In this document: in pieces, positions 1-14,080 of the stretch | Layout of the letters: the number at the start of each line of letters is the position of its first letter | Position numbering within the stretch: the first letter of the stretch is position 1 | Assembly (NCBI GenBank): GCA_951406725.2 | Contig: OX597816.1 | Span: 123,194,001-123,258,000 of the forward strand | Source: Octopus vulgaris | Lineage: Eukaryota | Direction of reading: 5' to 3' | DNA length: 64,000 nucleotides | Program-made: the position numbers and the translations under genes | Notes under the pieces: model-generated | Seen by the model: the letters and a program-made list of their open reading frames with translations, nothing else | Databases searched by the model: none | What the model was told of the DNA's origin: nothing

Positions 1-1216
1 CCACTATATCTCATGAATCGATGATGGCTTGCTTGCTTCACTGGTTCAGAAATTCCTAGCTCTCGTCTGGTAATTTATTTGCTGCTGTCACAATTAATGT
101 CAGTTATCTCATTAGATTCTCTATTTCATTTGATATTAGAAATAAAATTAAAAAATTACTGCTTTTGTAAATTAATTCTTTCTTTTAAAGTGTGACACTT
201 ATTGAGAATGAAAATTAAAGAAAAGAATCAATATTGAGAAAAGTTGTCTTAATTCGTTTTTCTAAAAGAAGTTTATTTCATATTTTTTTAGATTTAAAAA
301 AAAAAATCTAAAATAGTTATTTGGTATGTTTCTCAAAATACACAATCAGCCAAGCTATATATTCTTACTAAAAATATAATATGGGATAATTGAGCACTGA
401 ATTCTTTTAAAATGATTTTATAAATAGAATTAATTCTTTACTATGGATAATCAATACTACTTATATCATATCAAAGTAATTGTATTTTAAACTTAAAATT
501 ATTTTTTATAAACAACTGCATATTTCTCATTCCTTCCTTTTTTTGTTTACTTTTTGTTCTAACTATGATTCCTTTTCTTATACTCTTTGTATTCACTATA
601 TCTTTCAACCCTTTTTGCCATCACTTATATCCTCCCTTAAGTGACACATACGCCCACAACATCTTATATGAATCCCTTTCTGAAGTAACTCATTTCTCTT
701 TCCACATCCAACCCATGCTCATTTCCATTTTAGATGAGAATTTATGAAGATACACAAGGCTGTACAGGATTTGGGGATAAATATATAGATCGAGGGAAGT
801 AACTTATAAAGAAATCTTAATTGTTACCTTAAATCTTATCATCCTCCCATTCGCCCTGGGATCTTTGCAAGGAGCTGCATTCACCATGGATTGATTAATT
901 CCCTGATTATTTTATGTGAGAATGCTTGTGCATGTCTAGGCTTATAAATACACATGTATGTACACATGCATCTCCATACAAAATATGCTCACACTCACAG
1001 ATGCACACACATAGACAAACAAACATGCACACACAGACAAACATACACACACATACACGTGCACACATACACATACGTTCACACACACATATACACATGC
1101 ATGTGTGTGTATGTTGTGTATCTATCAGAATGCCATGATAGATCGTTAGCTCCAACACGCATTTTTTTTCTCTCCTTGTTTACTTTTGTAAATTTTCCCT
1201 TTGTATATATATATAT

Positions 1217-1855
1217 AACGTAAAGTATACTAGCTATCAATATGGCTAACCACTAAGGGTGGGTGTTACCGTAGCTTTTAGCCCCCGGAGATCATCGTCT
1301 CCAGCTGGCTTTAGGCACACTGTCTGTGCCCTTATGGTATTTGCAAAGGGAGGTCATCCCTCTCTCGTGAGCCTAAGCAATACATACGGACTGCAGTTTT
1401 GAGGTGTTTGCCTCTTGTCAACGCACGGTAATCACCGGTTTACGATGAAAAGGAAGACTTGTTTGCAAATACTTATGGGTTTTTCTAGTAACTACTGTCA
1501 CTGATTTCGAAAAACTGTCTGCAAGCAATAATAAATTTCTGAACGAGATGTAAACAGTAATTGCAAACAGGTCTTCCCTTTTCATCATAAGCCGGTGATT
1601 ACCGTGCATTGACACAAGGCAAACACCTCAAAACTGCAGTCCGTACGTATCGCTTAGGCTTACGAGAGAGGGATGGCCTCCCTTTGCAAATACCATAAGG
1701 GCACAGATAGTGTGCCTAAAGCCAGCTGGAGATGATGATCTCCTGGGGCTAAAAGCTACAGTAACACTCACCCTTAGTGGTTAGCCATATTGATGGCTAG
1801 TATACTTTACGTTGTCGAGCGGTTACTGTTTACATCTCGTTCAGAGATTTATTAT

Positions 1856-1856
<1 letters not shown>
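1217..1856. mobile_element. Fold-back insertion: ~257-bp inverted arms (1217-1473 / 1556-1813) plus a 34-bp tail; Penelope-like or MITE-like
   Basis: AACGTAAAGTATACTAG... at 1217 is the reverse complement of ...CTAGTATACTTTACGTT ending 1813. 1823-1856 is the reverse complement of 1527-1560. (TA)n flanks both sides. Confidence 0.75.

Positions 1857-1858
<2 letters not shown>

Positions 1859-1941
<83 letters not shown>
1859..1941. repeat. (TA)n(GA)n compound microsatellite
   Basis: Direct reading. Confidence 0.95.
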
Positions 1942-1944
<3 letters not shown>

Positions 1945-2134
1945 TGCACATGTATATATATATATCAAAGTAAAAGGGAGAGGCAAACAAATTGGCAAAA
2001 CTTGACAAGGATATTAAATTCAATCTGGTTATATAATGAAAGGTACCAATAGTCTCTGACAACTGTTTCTGAGATATCCCAGTCATTGGGACATCATGTA
2101 GAACAAAGAGTCCATATGCTGAGTAGGCTGCCAT

Positions 2135-2176
<42 letters not shown>

Positions 2177-3147
2177 GAGACAGAGAGAGAAATAGGTTAA
2201 ACATATGTAACACTTGAATAAAAGTTCATCAACAACAATACTTGTGTTTCCTTAAGTCCAGAGAACGAGAAGATATCCAAATGAGTCCAGTTAGATCCAG
2301 GGATTGGGTATTTGTTAAGTAAATCCATGGTCAGAGAGAATTGTTTGCTAGTAATCTATTGTAAGGTGTAAAAATGGATGCTAGCAGTTCCAAAGTTGGA
2401 CAAATCCCAAGAGGAAAAAGTACAGTCTAGTAGGAGAAAAATAGGTAGATAAGAGCTATAGATATATACTAATCAGTACAATGAGGGGTACTCCTCTCCA
2501 GGGAGTTGAAGGGGGCATGAGTTTAAAAACAGATGGATAAGGGGTAAATAAAGCAGATGTATCAATGAGAGGAGTTTGAAAGTAACAAAGCAGTCATAAA
2601 AATGATAATAGATGTAGATATAGTAGGTAGTCAGTTTTACTACAGAGGAAGAGGGAGTTAGGGCTATCTTAGTTGTATTAATGCTAGAAATAGATTTGGC
2701 ATAGTTTCTATGGCTGGATGCCCTTTCTAATGGCAACCACTCTGAAAGTGTAATAGGTGCTTTTATGTGCCACTGGCATGTGTGCCAGTTGCGTGACACT
2801 AATATCTGCCATGGCTACAATTTCATTTGGCTTGATGGGTCTTCTTCTCAAGCGTGGCATATTGCCAAAGGCATTGGTCATTTGTCAGTGCCTCCATAAG
2901 GTGCAATGCTTGAAAGATGCTTTCAACATGCCACCAGCATAGGTGCCAACTACACAACACCAGTATTGGCCACATTGCCTCCATGAGGTCAAACGCTTGT
3001 GAGGTGTGTTTCGCCTGTGTGTGCATAATATATATATGCACACACACATATACACATATATATTACATAAAGAACTTTCAATACCAGTTACTCAACAGGG
3101 TGGAAATAACTGCAAAATCTCCCTAAACTTATGTGCTACATCTTGAA

Positions 3148-3640
3148 TCATCGTCATCGTTTAACGTCCACTTTTCATGCTAGCATGGGTTGGATGATTT
3201 GACTGAGGGCTGGCGAGCCAGATGGCTGCACCAGGCTCCAATCTTGATCTGGCAGAGTTTCTGTACCTGGATGCCCTTCCTAATGCCAACCACTCCGAGA
3301 GGTAGTGGGTGCTTTTACATGCTACTGGCATGGGGGCCAGTCAGGTGGTACTGGCAACGACTTTGCTTGAATCTTTTTACACATGCCACTGGCACAGGTG
3401 CCAGTAAGGTGATGCTGGTAACGATCACACTCGAATGGTGCCTTTTATGTGCCACCGGCACGGAAGCCAATTATCCGCTCTGGCAACGATCACGCTCAGA
3501 TTGTGCTCTTAGCACCCTACTAGCACAGGGCTCAAGTGCCAGTAAGGTGATGTTGGTAATGATCACACTTGAATGGTGCCTTGTATGTTCCACTGGCACA
3601 GAAACCGGTTAGCTGCTCTGTCAATGATCCCACTCATGTC
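3148..3640 (-). mobile_element. Non-autonomous retroposon with (GAT)n tail and internal GTGCCACTGGCAC-type sub-repeats (family R; probably RTE-mobilised)
   Basis: CATCATCGTCATCGTTTAACGTCC...CATGCTAGCATGGGTTGGA...CTGGATGCCCTTCCTAATGCCAACCACTC recurs many times in the window. Confidence 0.75.
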
Positions 3641-4219
3641 AATGATCACACTCATAATATCTTGAATAAAGGATATATTGTAAAGAGAAACTTCTACAAC
3701 TAAAAAGATAGAATGATCACAACTGGCACTCCCTTTATGTTTGATGTGCTCACTCGTAGCCAATCCAGCATTAAACTACAACAACCAAATTTACTTAAAC
3801 CAATAAATGAAAGTCTTTGCATAGTTGCTTGATTTGCAGGCATATTGTGTTAAAAATGACACTTTATCATCTCCAGTTAAGAAGGTTGGACTTATAGGAT
3901 AATGTGTATAACTAAGGTAAAAAATACATATATGATTTTAATTGGTCGATGACATGTGTTTTATTAATGTAATAATCAAATTAATGCCAAAAGTTTGCTT
4001 GAGATAAAATCATGTTTTTAATGTTACATCAAGTGATTCATGTTCAACAGATTATATAACCATCGTGTTGATTATATATCTTTGATAAAATCGTTGAAAG
4101 CTCAAGAAAAATATCAAAATGTCCGACCAGAGACATAAAATCTGGTAAGCTGAGATAAACTTAGAAACTAAGTAAACTTTTTTTTTACCTCTCATCATCT
4201 CTCTTTCTTTCTATTTTTC

Positions 4220-4250
<31 letters not shown>

Positions 4251-4256
4251 GCAACT

Positions 4257-4505
4257 TGGCTGCATGGTAGGAAGTTAGCTTCCCAACTACATGGTTCTGG
4301 ATTCAGTTCTACTACATGACACCTTGGACAAGTGGCTCAGGCCAACCAAAGCCTTGGGAGTAGATTTGGTAGATGGAAACTGAAAGAAGCCTGCCATGTG
4401 TGTGTGTGTCTGTGTTTGACCCCACATCTCCACTACTTGACAATCGATGTTGGTGTGTTTAATCCCTGTAAATTAGCAGTTCAGAACTGGTAGAATTAGT
4501 ACTAT
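4257..4505 (+). mobile_element. tRNA-derived SINE family A (decayed)
   Basis: A-box-like TGGCTGCATGGT, B-box-like GGATTCAGTTC, and the CCAAAGCCTTG...GGTAGATGGAAACTGAAAGAAGC body shared with other copies. Confidence 0.7.
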
Positions 4506-5065
4506 TAAAGTGCATCTACTAAAAATATTGAGATTCTCAAGTTCTTTATTAAATACAGTTTTTCAAGAGAACACACTGAAATTTTTAAGACTCATTAATA
4601 TAGGGTTTATTAAAAAACTTTAGAAACTTCAACAAATACATAAATCTGAGGAACAAGATTTTTCCTGAATGTCCACATTTCAAGAAGTACACCTTGTCAG
4701 AATTTAAAAGTAGACCAACAGACACTTCATAAACCATTAACATCGAATTGACATCGAATTTTTGTAACATTGGTTATCTCCCTTGTATTTTTCTTCTTGT
4801 CTTCTTTAGAAATGTCTCTTGTTTAGACGTTTTCTGGTCATAAGACAACTGATTGTTTTCAGCTTGTTAAAAAGCACAGTAAATCATTATTTGAACTAGG
4901 AAACCCTAGATAGCTATATTTACAAGATTTGTGGGTTTTTTTTTTATTTTAAGATTATTATTATTAATCTCTTAGCTGATCAAATGTTTTTCTGCTTGTT
5001 GATGCATTACTACATATGGCTAAGATCAAGGTCTACTAGCTACTCTTAACAGTTTATATATATAC

Positions 5066-5109
<44 letters not shown>

Positions 5110-5110
<1 letters not shown>

Positions 5111-5445
5111 CAAATTCGATGACTGGCATCCATGCTAGTGGAGCGCTAAGAGCACCATCTGAGTGTGATCATTGCCAGAGCAGTTACCTGGCTTCCAGTG
5201 GCACATAAAAAACACCATTTGAACATGACTGTAGCCAATACCGCCTGACTGGCCCTCATACCAGTGGCACGTAAAAGCACCCACTACACTCTCAGAGTGG
5301 TTGGCATTAGGAAGGGCATCCAGCTGTAGAAACTTTGCCAGATCAAGATTGGAGCCTGGTGCAGCCATCTGGTTCACTAGTCCTCAGTCAAATCGTCCAA
5401 CCCATGCTAGCATGGAAAATGGACATTAAATGATGATGATGATGA
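5110..5445 (+). mobile_element. Family R retroposon
   Basis: Ends ...CCAACCCATGCTAGCATGGAAAATGGACATTAAA(TGA)n. Confidence 0.75.
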
Positions 5446-5489
5446 TATATACATACATACATACATGCATACACACATACAGTACTAGA

Positions 5490-6060
5490 AGAGAAGCCAT
5501 TTGAAGGTTTAGCATGTTCATTTATTTGGTGGTCACTGATGAAATTAATTGTATATGAATGGCTTGAGAGGGATGTTTCTGCAATGCACAAGGATGTAGA
5601 AAGTAAAAAGATAGTCTCAAATGATTTCAGTAGCGAATTTAGCATGAATGTAGGAATTCATCAAGTCTTAGATCTTAGTCCTTAGTCCTCTCATATTCAT
5701 CATTTCATCATATCCCTTAGCCCTACAGGCCATGAGAGAGGAGTCTATGGTTAGATACTCACTGAAATTCCTGTAAGCTGATAATCTAGTTCTCTTAGCT
5801 GAATCTATAGAGGACTTAAAAAGAGAATTTCAGGCTTGGAAGCAAACTAAATGCAGAACTAAGAGTTCTTAAGATAAACTTAGCAAAGACGAAAATTCTA
5901 ATAGGTAGTAAAGAAGATAAGACCTCAGTATCTTTAAGGAAATGGCCTTGCTTGATATTCAGAAAAGAGTCGGTATAAACTTTATACTTTGTGCTCACTA
6001 TATGCTATGGACACACAAGATATGTCATGGAATCACAGGCAGACTAACAAAAACATGAGC
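5490..6060 (+). pseudogene. Decayed RTE-clade LINE reverse transcriptase fragment
   Basis: Frameshifted remnants of EWL..V.AM, VG.HQ...LSP, (Y)ADNLVLLAES, KINLAKTK and KWPC...WTHK.C.GITGRL. Confidence 0.7.
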
Positions 6061-9000
6061 TTTGATGTGATAGAATCACTGGAGCAGTACATGTTAGGAG
6101 CAGCTCTCACTCCACCATACACTTGCAAACCCCATCAGTACATAAAAACACTCCTTGTTCCTCTATCCCACTCACTTTTACTCAGTTTATACCTTGAGTG
6201 TCTATCTATACTCTTTAACACCATTATCTCTTACCACTTCCAGCTTCATCCAATCATTCCCACCCTTTCTTCTAAAATGTTAGTTATCATGTAACTCTTC
6301 CACAACAGGAAACCTATTCTGCTCTGGCCCCTCGTTTCATACTTTCACCCCTCATCTCCTAGTGTAAATACACCCCACTCTAGGGGTCATAGTCTTGCGA
6401 CCTGCATGATTACTTCACTAGTGAAGGAAGAACAAAAAGCACTGAGTACATGCTGTAAAGTTGTTGGTATTAGGAAGAGCATCCAGCTGTTGGAACCATG
6501 CTGAAGCAGACATTGGTGTATGATGCAGTCTTTGAAACCATCAGATCCTATCAAACTGTTCTCCCCATGCTAACCTGGTACATTTTAAAGGATAATGATG
6601 AGGATGACCCTTATGATATATATGTGTGTGTATGTATATGTGTGTACATGTACACATTTGTATGTATATATATGTGCATGAACATGCACATTTGTGTGCA
6701 TATACATATTTATGTGTGTGTGTGTGTAGCCATAGGCTCTGTGGTTGAGAAGTTTGCTTTCCAACCACATGATTTCAGGTTCAGTCCCATTGTTTCTCAT
6801 CTTAGGCTGCCCAATGATCTGTCAGTGAATTTGACAAACAGTAACTAAAAGATGATCATTGTACATACACACATAAATACATACATACATGGTATGTTTG
6901 TATGTATGCATGTATGTGTGTGCATGTGTGTGTATGCTTGTATATTTATATATGTAAATATGTGTGTGAGTGTATGTGTGTATGTGCAATTTAGTCAACT
7001 ATACTCTCCCCACAAACGTGTATATATATATTCTTATTGAAACGATCAATAATGTTTCCCACTTATTTCCCCTCATTGTTATTTTAGAAATCCACCTGTG
7101 TTTGAAATGCCATCTACCTGGTCAAAAGAATCTATAATCTTTATTGAGTGTGCTTAAATGTAGAAATCTATTTACAGAGTTAATGCTACTGATGCTACGG
7201 CAAACTTGTTTGACTGATTTCCAAAGACATATTGGCTTAAATTTAGAATATGTAAAATAAGTGTGGGTGGCTTCATTGAGAATAAGGAAGTGGGCTATTC
7301 TTTAAGAATATTTTCATAAAGAAATTTAATCAGACATGTAAAGATGCAAGCATGTTTCTTTTATACAATTATGTTAATAGGAAATTATTTTCTCTTCAGT
7401 TCCAATAAGTTTTCTTTGAAATTATCATCATTAACATTTCCTTTCATGATACGGGTGTCTTTATATAAATCTTTGATTTTCATTGCTGTCAGCATAATAT
7501 TATCAATAACAGCATCATTACTATTCTCATCCTCACCAACATCATCATCATGACAATCATCTTTGTTATTATCATTTTTGCTACTTACTGGTAGTCATAA
7601 ATACCATCTCATAATCATTTATATACATTTGCTGTAACATATTTTTAGACTGAGCTATCAGTTAGTGAGTGAAAAGAGTGTAGCAAATATTAAGAAAAAG
7701 GGTTTTATTAATTATTTCATTATGTAATGTATATGGTGTGTGGGAAGATCATTTACGTGGGAGTTTTTAGATAACTGTGAGTGGATGAGACAACATATAT
7801 CTCTAAATTAATTCACTTGCTGCAACCTATAACCTCTGAGTAAAAATCCATTATTCTCAAACCCCCTTATTCTTGACAGTATAATTAAACTCCCACTCAG
7901 ACTGAATGTATGACATTCATTGACATCTGGACTTTGTCTAACTCATTTTCAGCATAGTCATAGTATAAACATCTACTCCTTTTAGTTGTAGGTGGAGAAT
8001 TCTGTTTGACAGATTTCTGTTTTCATACCCACTTTCAATTAAGAGTGAATGATGTAAAATTTCCTCTAGTAATTAATATCAAATCTTTCTCTTGAAATTC
8101 TAAGGCATTTCATTCTGCATTTTCTGTCTGCCACTTCTTTCTTTCTTGCCTTGAGACAGCATTCACCCAGGGTGGGTTGAGCTCGCTTTATTCATGCTCA
8201 ATGCTGCATCTCTCACTACATAAACCTCTGCCAATTAATAAATACCCATACCTGCAGTAGTGTGTGAGTATTTGACATATGTATGAAGATACACATCTCT
8301 TTTATAACATAGAATTTATGCAAATTTCAAGCTAGAAATTTCTCTGTACTTAAATTCAATACATCGCAGGTATTACAAGTTGCTTCTAGAAATATTTAAT
8401 TGGATAATTCATTTACCCATCTAAATAGAAGCCAATATACCCATATTGATTTTTGTTCTTGTACAAATAGTTTCTTTTTTCTCTAAATATGCTAATCTAA
8501 TTAAAACAGACTGCATTTAGATTTCTTTAACCTACCTTAGTAATTTTTCTCTTCTTAAATTTTGCTTAACCAAAGACCTAAGGCCAGAAATTTTATAAAG
8601 AATTTAGGGAAGAGATGGTCTTTTACACTTCTTGTGCATCCCCTAGTGATCATTAATGCTTATAACCTATATTTGAATAAGGTTTACATGACATTATCTA
8701 TTGTCTGTTATCTTCATCTATTATGTCTTTTGTTAGCTTAATTACATGTTTTTAATTTGAAAGTATATAAGTAATTTTCATAGAATCAATTTTGGATATT
8801 CTGTTGTATATTCTCGTTGTTAGCCTTTTTAAAAAAAAAATGAATTCTAACATAAGCACAATGGGAAAAATTCGGGGAGAGGGATGAAGTCAATGTCACT
8901 GGCCTCAGTACTTGACATGTACTTATTTAATTGATGCTATAAAGATGACAAACAGCTGAATTCTGTAAAATTTCAACTCAACCCTAAAAGGATGTAGCTA

Positions 9001-9399
9001 AATACCACAAGGTATTCTATCAGACACTCAGCTTATTCTGTTAACTATGACTGTTTTGAACATTGATAATAATGGTAGGGCTGTATGAATAATTATATAT
9101 TTCTTGTAGATGATGTTTCCATTCTTCTGTTTCTTCATCTTCATCTTCTGGTTATCAAAACCAAAAACTTAAAAATCTATGATTTCACTGATTGTCAAGT
9201 TAAAATTAAACTACACCTCTGCCTTAATATTTTTTCTGCATTTAATAACAATTTATAACATAGGGACAAGGTGGAAAATTTGTTTGTCAGAACCTGTCAA
9301 AACCCTTATCATGATGGGTATAGTGGGCTTCGTATATTTTCTCCAGTGTCTCTTTGATGACATGCACTGCTCTCTCACTCAATAATAATAAGAAGAATA

Positions 9400-12300
9400 A
9401 AAAGAAGAAGAAATTCTATGATAGACATGAAACAGAAAATTCTGAGTAAGCTTTAAGTTGTAAGAGATATGCAAGTATGAATGTTAGAGAACCACTTCAT
9501 AAACTCTCAAATAGAGACCAAAATAAAAAGCCAAATAAAATTGTCAAATTTGTAACAAAAGAAATCATACAAGAATTAAAACCTGATCTTACTGAGTTAA
9601 AGGAAATTATTTATGCATCTGCTTAGGCAATTGAAACCAGTAGTATGCTTTAAAAAAATGAATAAAAAGGAAAGAAAGAAAAACAAATCTGGGAAGAAAT
9701 CCAAACTGGAGAAATAAAATTGCAAAAGATATTGAATTAATGAGAGAGGAAACATCAATATTAAATGAACTAATCTTTGGAAATCATGTAAGATCCAGAA
9801 CAGGAAGGAAGATGAGAAGATATGGATTGTCACAAAGAGAATAACTGATATCAACAAAAGAAAGACTGAAACAAAATGCCCATGCAAAAGCTCAAAGAAT
9901 ACAAAAATTTGAGAAGAGAAATAATTTTCACAAGCAAATTTAATTGTACACATCCAAGGCCAAAACATTCAGCAGAGAAATAGGAAAGGAGAAAATAATG
10001 GTTGAAGACCTGGCTCCCATGAAAGAAGTTGAAAACTTTTGGGAAAACATTTAGAGTGAGGAAAAGACATACAATAAAATTACAGACTGGATTAGATGCG
10101 CAGAAGGATCCTACCAAAATTTATAAGAACAAGCATGGGAAAACATTACAATAGCAGACCTAAGGATGACACTCATGAAGGCTCATAAGTGGAAACCCCC
10201 TGGTAAAGATGGGGTGCCAAATTTCTGACTTGCTTCACTTCCATGTGCACAGAAATTTAGTTCAGTGAAGTCATGAGAGGTCCTAGGAACACACCTGACT
10301 GGTTAGCTAGTGGTATTACTTACCTACTCTCAAAGAATAATGGAACCAAAGTTCAAAAGAACTATCGTCCCATAACCTGTTTATCCACCACTTATAAAAT
10401 TTTAGCATCCATTCACATGCAGAAAACATGCATCTATGGAACAGAGTGGCATTTTCCCCACTGAACAAAATTGGTGCCAGTGAGGCTCATATGGACACAA
10501 AGATCTACTGCTAATTAATTTCATGATCCTTGAGAACAGTCATAACAAGTGCAGAAATCTCAGTTCCACATGGATCGATTACAAGAAGGCTTTTCACAGC
10601 ATACCACATTCATGGATCTTGAATTCACTGAACATCTTCAAAATTTCTCTTGTAATTTCAAACTTCCTGAAGCATATATCATTGTGGAATATGCATCTTC
10701 AATTATATCACTCTAATAGAGTACTGTCTTCACATAATATCAAAATCAACTGTGGCATTTTCCAAGGTGACCCACTTTCACCTCCAAGTTTTTGCAGAGC
10801 TCTAATGCCCCTTTCAAGTGAACTTAACAGAACTGAGTATGGGTATAAAACTAACAAAAAAAAAATGTAATTTATTTTAAATGGATGATTTAAAACTATA
10901 TGGCACAAGAAAGGATGAGTTTGAAGGCCTATTATGTACTGTGAAAGTATTCAATAATGACATTGGGTTTGGTCTTGATAAATGAGCCAAAGCTACTTTC
11001 AAGAAAAGGATGCTGAAGACCTCAAATTCAATCATGTTAGATGTTGATACAATTATAAAAGAATTTGAGCAAGAGGAAACATAAATATTTAGGAATAAAT
11101 GAAGGCCCTGATATTCAGCATGCAAGCATGAAAAAGAAGATTAGGTAGGAATGTTATAGGAGAGTTTAAGCAGTCCTGAATGCACACAGCAAGATGTTAG
11201 ACATAAACTCCTTAGCTCCAGTTGTTATTTACGGCTTCAATGTGTTGTTGAATGGAATATCAATGAAATAAAGAAAATTGACAGAAAATACATAAGCAGC
11301 TGACTTGTAATAAGATGCACCACCCAAAGGCAGATGCGGATCATCTTAACCTAATCTCTGGATGTAAGATTTTAATACTAGTGGAGTATAAATCAAGATA
11401 TTACAGAGTTGGACAATATCTAAACTGAATGATATATCACATTATAAGATCAAAACTGTTGACAAGTGATATAAGCACCGCCCTGAGGTTGTAAGTGAGG
11501 GAGAAAATGAAATGATTCTTTGGGACTTTCCAGTACATACAGACAGTACCATCAAAGCAAATATTGTTGTGGAAGACCAAAACATGAATATTCTTTGTGA
11601 TCATGATATCTCATCATAAGAATTTGACAAACTTAGAAAATATAAAAATTTTCTCATTGAAATTGAAAAAAATGAGACGTTTTGAGGTGATTGTAAGGAG
11701 TGTTGTGTTAAGAATAGTCAAAGAAGGACTAAAAATTATTTGAGAATGAGTCCAGGCTTACCATCCATGCAAAAAGTACAAAACATTGTTTTAACTAGTA
11801 CATCGTAGGTGCTGAGGAGAGCAATGTTGCTGTGAGAATGATTTCAAGCCATGTAATAATTTTTTCCTCTCTTCTTTACGTTTCTGTGTTTTTCTTTTTT
11901 TTTCCCTTTTCTTTCATATATCTTGATTTTGTAAATGAACAATCTGGTGTGTTTATTCTATTAATCTATCAATGTACACAGCGAGTTTCTTTGCCCTAGG
12001 TGTCAGGAAGACACCCAGTAAGAAATGGAAACAAAACTGAACGGAGAAAAACGTATAATAATGATGATGATGATGATAATCCCCTTTATTTTCTTTATTT
12101 TCTTTATTTTTCATTTAAAAAACTTTTTCTTCTTCTTTTCTTCCCTTTTTTCTGTCATATGACTTTGTAAATGAACAATCTTGTGTGTTTATTTTAATGG
12201 CCTACCAATGTATATAGTGAACTTCTTTGCCCTAGAAGACACTCACCAAGAAATGGAAACAAAATTGAAAGAAGAGTATTATGATAATAATAATAATAAT
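9400..12300 (+). mobile_element. Decayed R4/Dong-type (REL endonuclease) non-LTR retrotransposon with duplicated 3' end and (TAA)n tail
   Basis: RT motifs NYRPITCL (~10360), WIDYKKAF.SIPHSWI (~10570), GIFQGDPLSP (~10755), MDDLKLY (~10881). REL-like WDFPVHTD.TIKA (~11521). Many stops and frameshifts. (AAT)n at both ends. Confidence 0.85.
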
Positions 12301-13159
12301 AACAACAATAATAATAATAACAACAACGATGACGATGATGATAACAACAACAACAGCATAAGCACAAAACCTGAAATTTTGTCAGTGCTCAACTGGCACT
12401 TAATTTGTGAGCCCTGAAAAGATAAAAAGCAAAGCCAGTGTTGGCAGAATTTAAACTCAGAATATAAAGCTGGATGAAATGCCACTGAGCATTTTGTCCT
12501 GTGCACCTACAATTCTGCCAGTTCACCATCTTAGTAACAATAATGACTGGTTCTAGCATGGGCACAAACACATAAAATTTGTGTTGAGAGGAACAGTTGA
12601 TTATATCAACAACAGGAGAATGAAAGGTGAGATTTCAACTGAGAATACAAAGAACAAAATCACATATTAGAAGGTATTTTGTCCACCACTGTATTGACAA
12701 TATTTTTCAATAAATTTAAATACCCTTTCTTTTATTTTTTTTAAATGATGATATTTATTTCATTCTGTTTTTTTTTATATATTACCAGATTATGTCTCAC
12801 AACTAAAATGCTCAAATACAAAATTCTAGCATAGTGTTAAAATATAGTAAAAAAATATATAATCTACAATATCAGGAAAAGGCAGATTTAAAACTATAAT
12901 AAAATGACACAAATTGCACCAGTTTAAAGTCATAAATTTTATGCAGTTGTAACCTTGGTTTAACATTACCCAAGTACTGGGAATTATCTTTCGATAATTA
13001 AACTATACTGAACACTCTTGAGTCATATAAACTTATAAATTACTCTGATGGCCAGTCTAAAACACCATTGATATAGCGTAGTATTATACTTGGTTTCAAG
13101 GCTTACTGAATAATTTTCATAGATATTAACTGCTAATATGTTCTCTCTATCTGCTTTAG

Positions 13160-13185
13160 TTCACGCAATACTGATTTTGTTCATG
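13160..13185 (+). CDS. Candidate 26-nt micro-exon of the receptor gene
   Basis: Polypyrimidine tract TTCTCTCTATCTGCTTTAG before and GTATGT after. Phase-compatible with the 15048 candidate in two alternative readings. Confidence 0.25.
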
Positions 13186-13509
13186 GTATGTTAGTTTAAT
13201 TCACAGAGAGTTTGTTTTCTTCAGTTATGCAGTTAGTTGTGAAAGCTATTTGCCATAGTTTCTATCTGACATGTAATACAATATTTCTATGCATGATAAA
13301 ATCAACAAACTATTTAGTGATTATGAAATATTATTTGTTAGTGAAAACTTTTATTATTTGAGAAATATATTGAAGTAGTTGTTTCACTTTTGTTAAATTA
13401 AAGGAAGAGGATATTTTTCATAAACAAGTATATTCATAGTCATTGTAGTTGCAATGAGACCAGTATGACTAATGCAGTTAATGTTCAATTCGTACAATCT
13501 CCATCTTCA

Positions 13510-13770
13510 CTTTCTGAGTTCAAATTCTGCCAAGGTTGACTTTGCTTTTCATCCTTATGGTGTAGATAAAAGAAGTACCGACTGAGTACTGACTTACTCA
13601 CTACCCCAAAATTGCTGGCCTTGAGTCAAAATTTGAAATTAATTCTGTCAAGGTCAACTTTGCCTTTCCTCCTTTAGGATTTGACAAAATAAAGTATCAC
13701 TTGAGCACTGGGGTCAATTCAATTGACTTGGCTCTTTGCCCTAAACCATTGGCCTAGTGACAAAATTTGG
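13510..13770 (+). mobile_element. SINE family B fragment with duplicated central core
   Basis: AAATTCTGCCAAGGTTGACTTTGCTTTTCATCC...AAGTACC, or a close variant, occurs twice in tandem. Confidence 0.65.
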
Positions 13771-13811
13771 AATCAATATTAATAATGTTTATCTACTACA
13801 TTAATGCTTAT

Positions 13812-13911
13812 NNNNNNNNNNNNNNNNNNNNNNNNNNNNNNNNNNNNNNNNNNNNNNNNNNNNNNNNNNNNNNNNNNNNNNNNNNNNNNNNNNNNNNNNN
13901 NNNNNNNNNNN
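13812..13911. other. Assembly gap (100 N)
   Basis: Run of exactly 100 N. Confidence 1.
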
Positions 13912-14080
13912 TTTTCATTGTTGTTGCTGTTGTTATTATTATTATTATTATTATTATTCAAGTCACTGCCTGGAATCAAACTCGGAATCTTGGGGTTAGT
14001 AGCCCACGCTCTTAACCACTGTGCCATGTACACGTGTAAATAATGTAAATAATTCCTCATCTCTTAAATATAGGACTGTA
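13912..14080 (-). mobile_element. Second copy of the tRNA-headed/(AAT)n element seen at 24295-25070, truncated by the gap
   Basis: (ATT)n CAAGTCACTGCCTGGAATCAAACTCGGAATCTTGGGGTTAGTAGC...CTTAACCAC, followed by the inverted terminal piece ATAATTCCTCATCTCTTAAATATAG shared with ~25040-25070. Confidence 0.75.

Noticed and set aside
907-1223. Cys/His/Val/Tyr/Ile-rich short ORFs here and at 6498, 20931, 33725, 56036, 58643 and similar sites
   Set aside because: Translations of (CA)n, (TA)n and (TG)n microsatellites.
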